Source: a virus
DNA length: 16,603 nucleotides
UHGV virus genome: UHGV-0121259
Reading direction: 5' to 3' (one strand)
Part shown: piece by piece, positions 15,278 to 16,603 of the stretch
How the letters are laid out: every line of letters starts with the position of its first letter
Numbering within the stretch: position 1 is the stretch's first letter
Notes under the pieces: generated by a model
The model's database searches: none
Told to the model about the DNA's origin: nothing
Seen by the model: the letters and a program-made list of their open reading frames with translations, nothing else
Translations under genes and position numbers: made by a program

Positions 15278-15457
15278 ATGACTATGACGCATAGTGACAA
15301 GAAAGCTCAGAAGCATTACTCAGTATCTGATGTTTTCAGCCGTATGGGCGTCGCGATGGAAGAACTACTTCAAGCGGCCCCACATATGATGCAGGACTGC
15401 AAATTTGAAGGAAATGAGCTTCATGGTAAGCTCAAAGAAAAGCAGAAAGCTGCTTAA
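15278..15457 (+). CDS. hypothetical small protein (59 aa)
   Basis: ATG at 15278 preceded by AGAGGA; below the 60-aa cutoff of the supplied ORF track; followed by a strong terminator. Sequence MTMTHSDKKAQKHYSVSDVFSRMGVAMEELLQAAPHMMQDCKFEGNELHGKLKEKQKAA. Confidence 0.4.
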   Translation: MTMTHSDKKAQKHYSVSDVFSRMGVAMEELLQAAPHMMQDCKFEGNELHGKLKEKQKAA

Positions 15458-15481
15458 TTCCATGAAATGCGTTTTGCATGA

Positions 15482-15505
15482 AGCCCGGTAATACCGGGCT
15501 TTTTT
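15482..15505 (+). terminator. rho-independent terminator after the cargo pair
   Basis: AGCCCGG-TAATA-CCGGGCT followed by TTTTT; just before the convergent portal gene stop at 15513. Confidence 0.6.
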
Positions 15506-15512
15506 ATGCCAG

Positions 15513-16553
15513 CTAGTCAGTATTAAGCTCATATGGATTGAATCGGACTACCTCTTCACCAAGCCATTCATTTAGCTCCAGTAATCGCTTTTGTAACGGT
15601 ACTATTTCGTTTCTTGTGAAGACGCGACTGGCCTTTTCCACATCCCCAAAACCGCCGGTATTGTTGGGAATGATACCCATCATTTGCGGCGGCACGCGGT
15701 GCGCTGCCATCATGTCATCACGGCTCACATTCTTGATGTTGAGAAATTCATCTTTCGCCGCTACCTCTGACAGCGGAATGATTTGAATCCCGTCTTTTTT
15801 GCCGTTGGGCGAGTACATGAATAGATTGCGGAAGTTGCCAGGGCCCTTGGCGCTTTTCATGGCCTGGCGGATATTGTTCACGTCCTCCTGGTTTTGCGCG
15901 GCGTCGGTCATATACATGATAAAGCCCGCATGGCTACCGTTAATGTAATACTTCCGGCGGAACAGCGTGGCGGACTCGTTGAGCAGGGCTGATGGAATGG
16001 CTGAGAGGTAACCGGGCAGCCCGTAAATCTCCTGGTTAATATCCGGCTCCATCAGGTGAAAAATGTTGCCCTGTGTAAATTCATAGGGCTGCGTGGTCAG
16101 GCCATACTGCACAAACCAGTAGGTGTCGAGGTCCACGCCACGGCGTGTGTACTTCGCCAGTGCTGGCTCCAGTGTGAGAACGCCGCCGAGCCGGTTGGTG
16201 CGCTTTTCCAGATAGGCGTTACCGAACACCAGATAATCCTGGACGAAACGGGCAAAAGCCTGCTGGCTGAGCAGGCGGTGCGGGATGTACGTACTGCTGA
16301 GAATGTCACGTTTAACCGCTATCGGTGAGCTGTGATGCACAGCGGCGCGGTAGGTTCGCGCCAGCCCGTCAAAGCTTACTGGCGGCTCATACCATCTGTC
16401 CATCTGTACGCATTCCACATAGTCCAGCAGCTCGCGGCGGTCCAGCACCGGGATCGGATCGCCAAAGCTGAAAGCCTCGGCAGCTACGCCTGCGTTTTTA
16501 GGCGCCGTAGCTTCTGTTGGCGTTGAGCTGGTTAAGGCTTCGGGTTCACTCAT
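15513..16553 (-). CDS. portal protein (P2 gpQ-like)
   Basis: About 346 aa on the opposite strand at the position and size of P2 gene Q; start ATG overlaps the stop of the upstream gene (TGATG). Assignment by synteny and size; the sequence was not aligned. Confidence 0.7.
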   Translation of the reverse strand: MSEPEALTSSTPTEATAPKNAGVAAEAFSFGDPIPVLDRRELLDYVECVQMDRWYEPPVSFDGLARTYRAAVHHSSPIAVKRDILSSTYIPHRLLSQQAFARFVQDYLVFGNAYLEKRTNRLGGVLTLEPALAKYTRRGVDLDTYWFVQYGLTTQPYEFTQGNIFHLMEPDINQEIYGLPGYLSAIPSALLNESATLFRRKYYINGSHAGFIMYMTDAAQNQEDVNNIRQAMKSAKGPGNFRNLFMYSPNGKKDGIQIIPLSEVAAKDEFLNIKNVSRDDMMAAHRVPPQMMGIIPNNTGGFGDVEKASRVFTRNEIVPLQKRLLELNEWLGEEVVRFNPYELNTD

Positions 16554-16603
16554 CAAAAAATCTCCACAATATTGCTGGTATTGGCGGACTCGCCCTGCAG
16601 CGG
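16553..16603 (-). CDS. 3' end of upstream late gene (position of terminase ATPase gpP), partial at window edge
   Basis: Open frame to the window edge ending ...NIVEIF-stop, with the stop overlapping the portal ATG. Too short to identify by sequence. Confidence 0.3.
   Translation of the reverse strand, partial: PLQGESANTSNIVEIF

Larger units (their letters stand above)
5565..16603. mobile_element. P2/186-family prophage, left arm (att core side through portal gene; continues beyond window)
   Basis: Gene order int, CI repressor, divergent Cox/Apl-like and CII-like genes, gpA-type replication initiator with YIAKYISK tyrosine motif, SOS operon with DinI homologue, cos-like site, portal gene on the opposite strand. 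This matches the integrated P2/186 map. Confidence 0.85.

Noticed and set aside
15538-16526. Plus-strand and off-frame ORFs within the portal gene (15538-15786, 16056-16328, 16097-16309, 16332-16526)
   Set aside because: Embedded in the 346-aa portal frame on the opposite strand.
1-16603. CRISPR arrays, IS elements/transposases, rRNA or intact tRNA genes
   Set aside because: No regularly spaced direct repeats, no transposase-like ORFs with terminal inverted repeats, and no tRNA-like or rRNA-like sequence apart from the ssrA 3' fragment were seen on reading the window.

Overview
This window looks like an enterobacterial accessory region holding two integrative elements side by side, joined at a 45-bp copy of the 3' end of ssrA (tmRNA) at 5520-5564. 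Left of it (about 50-5519) is a decayed island with a P4-family tyrosine integrase, a coupled hypothetical gene, a DUF1311-type lipoprotein, an exported protein, a degraded small-gene pair and a truncated, frameshifted arsC remnant. Right of it (5565 to the window end) is the left arm of a P2/186-family prophage: an AT-rich membrane-protein cargo gene, integrase, CI-type repressor, a divergent early operon (Cox/Apl-like, CII-like, small ORFs, TraR-like zinc finger, Dam methylase, gpA-type replication initiator), a LexA-boxed two-gene SOS operon ending in a DinI homologue, a candidate cos site, a two-gene cargo locus of unknown function, then the portal gene and the 3' tip of the next gene. I found no rRNA, intact tRNA, CRISPR array or IS element. 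The best candidates for something undescribed are the two unassigned cargo loci at prophage variable positions (14599-15457 and 5650-6717). All calls rest on reading the translations and motifs by eye; no database search was run.
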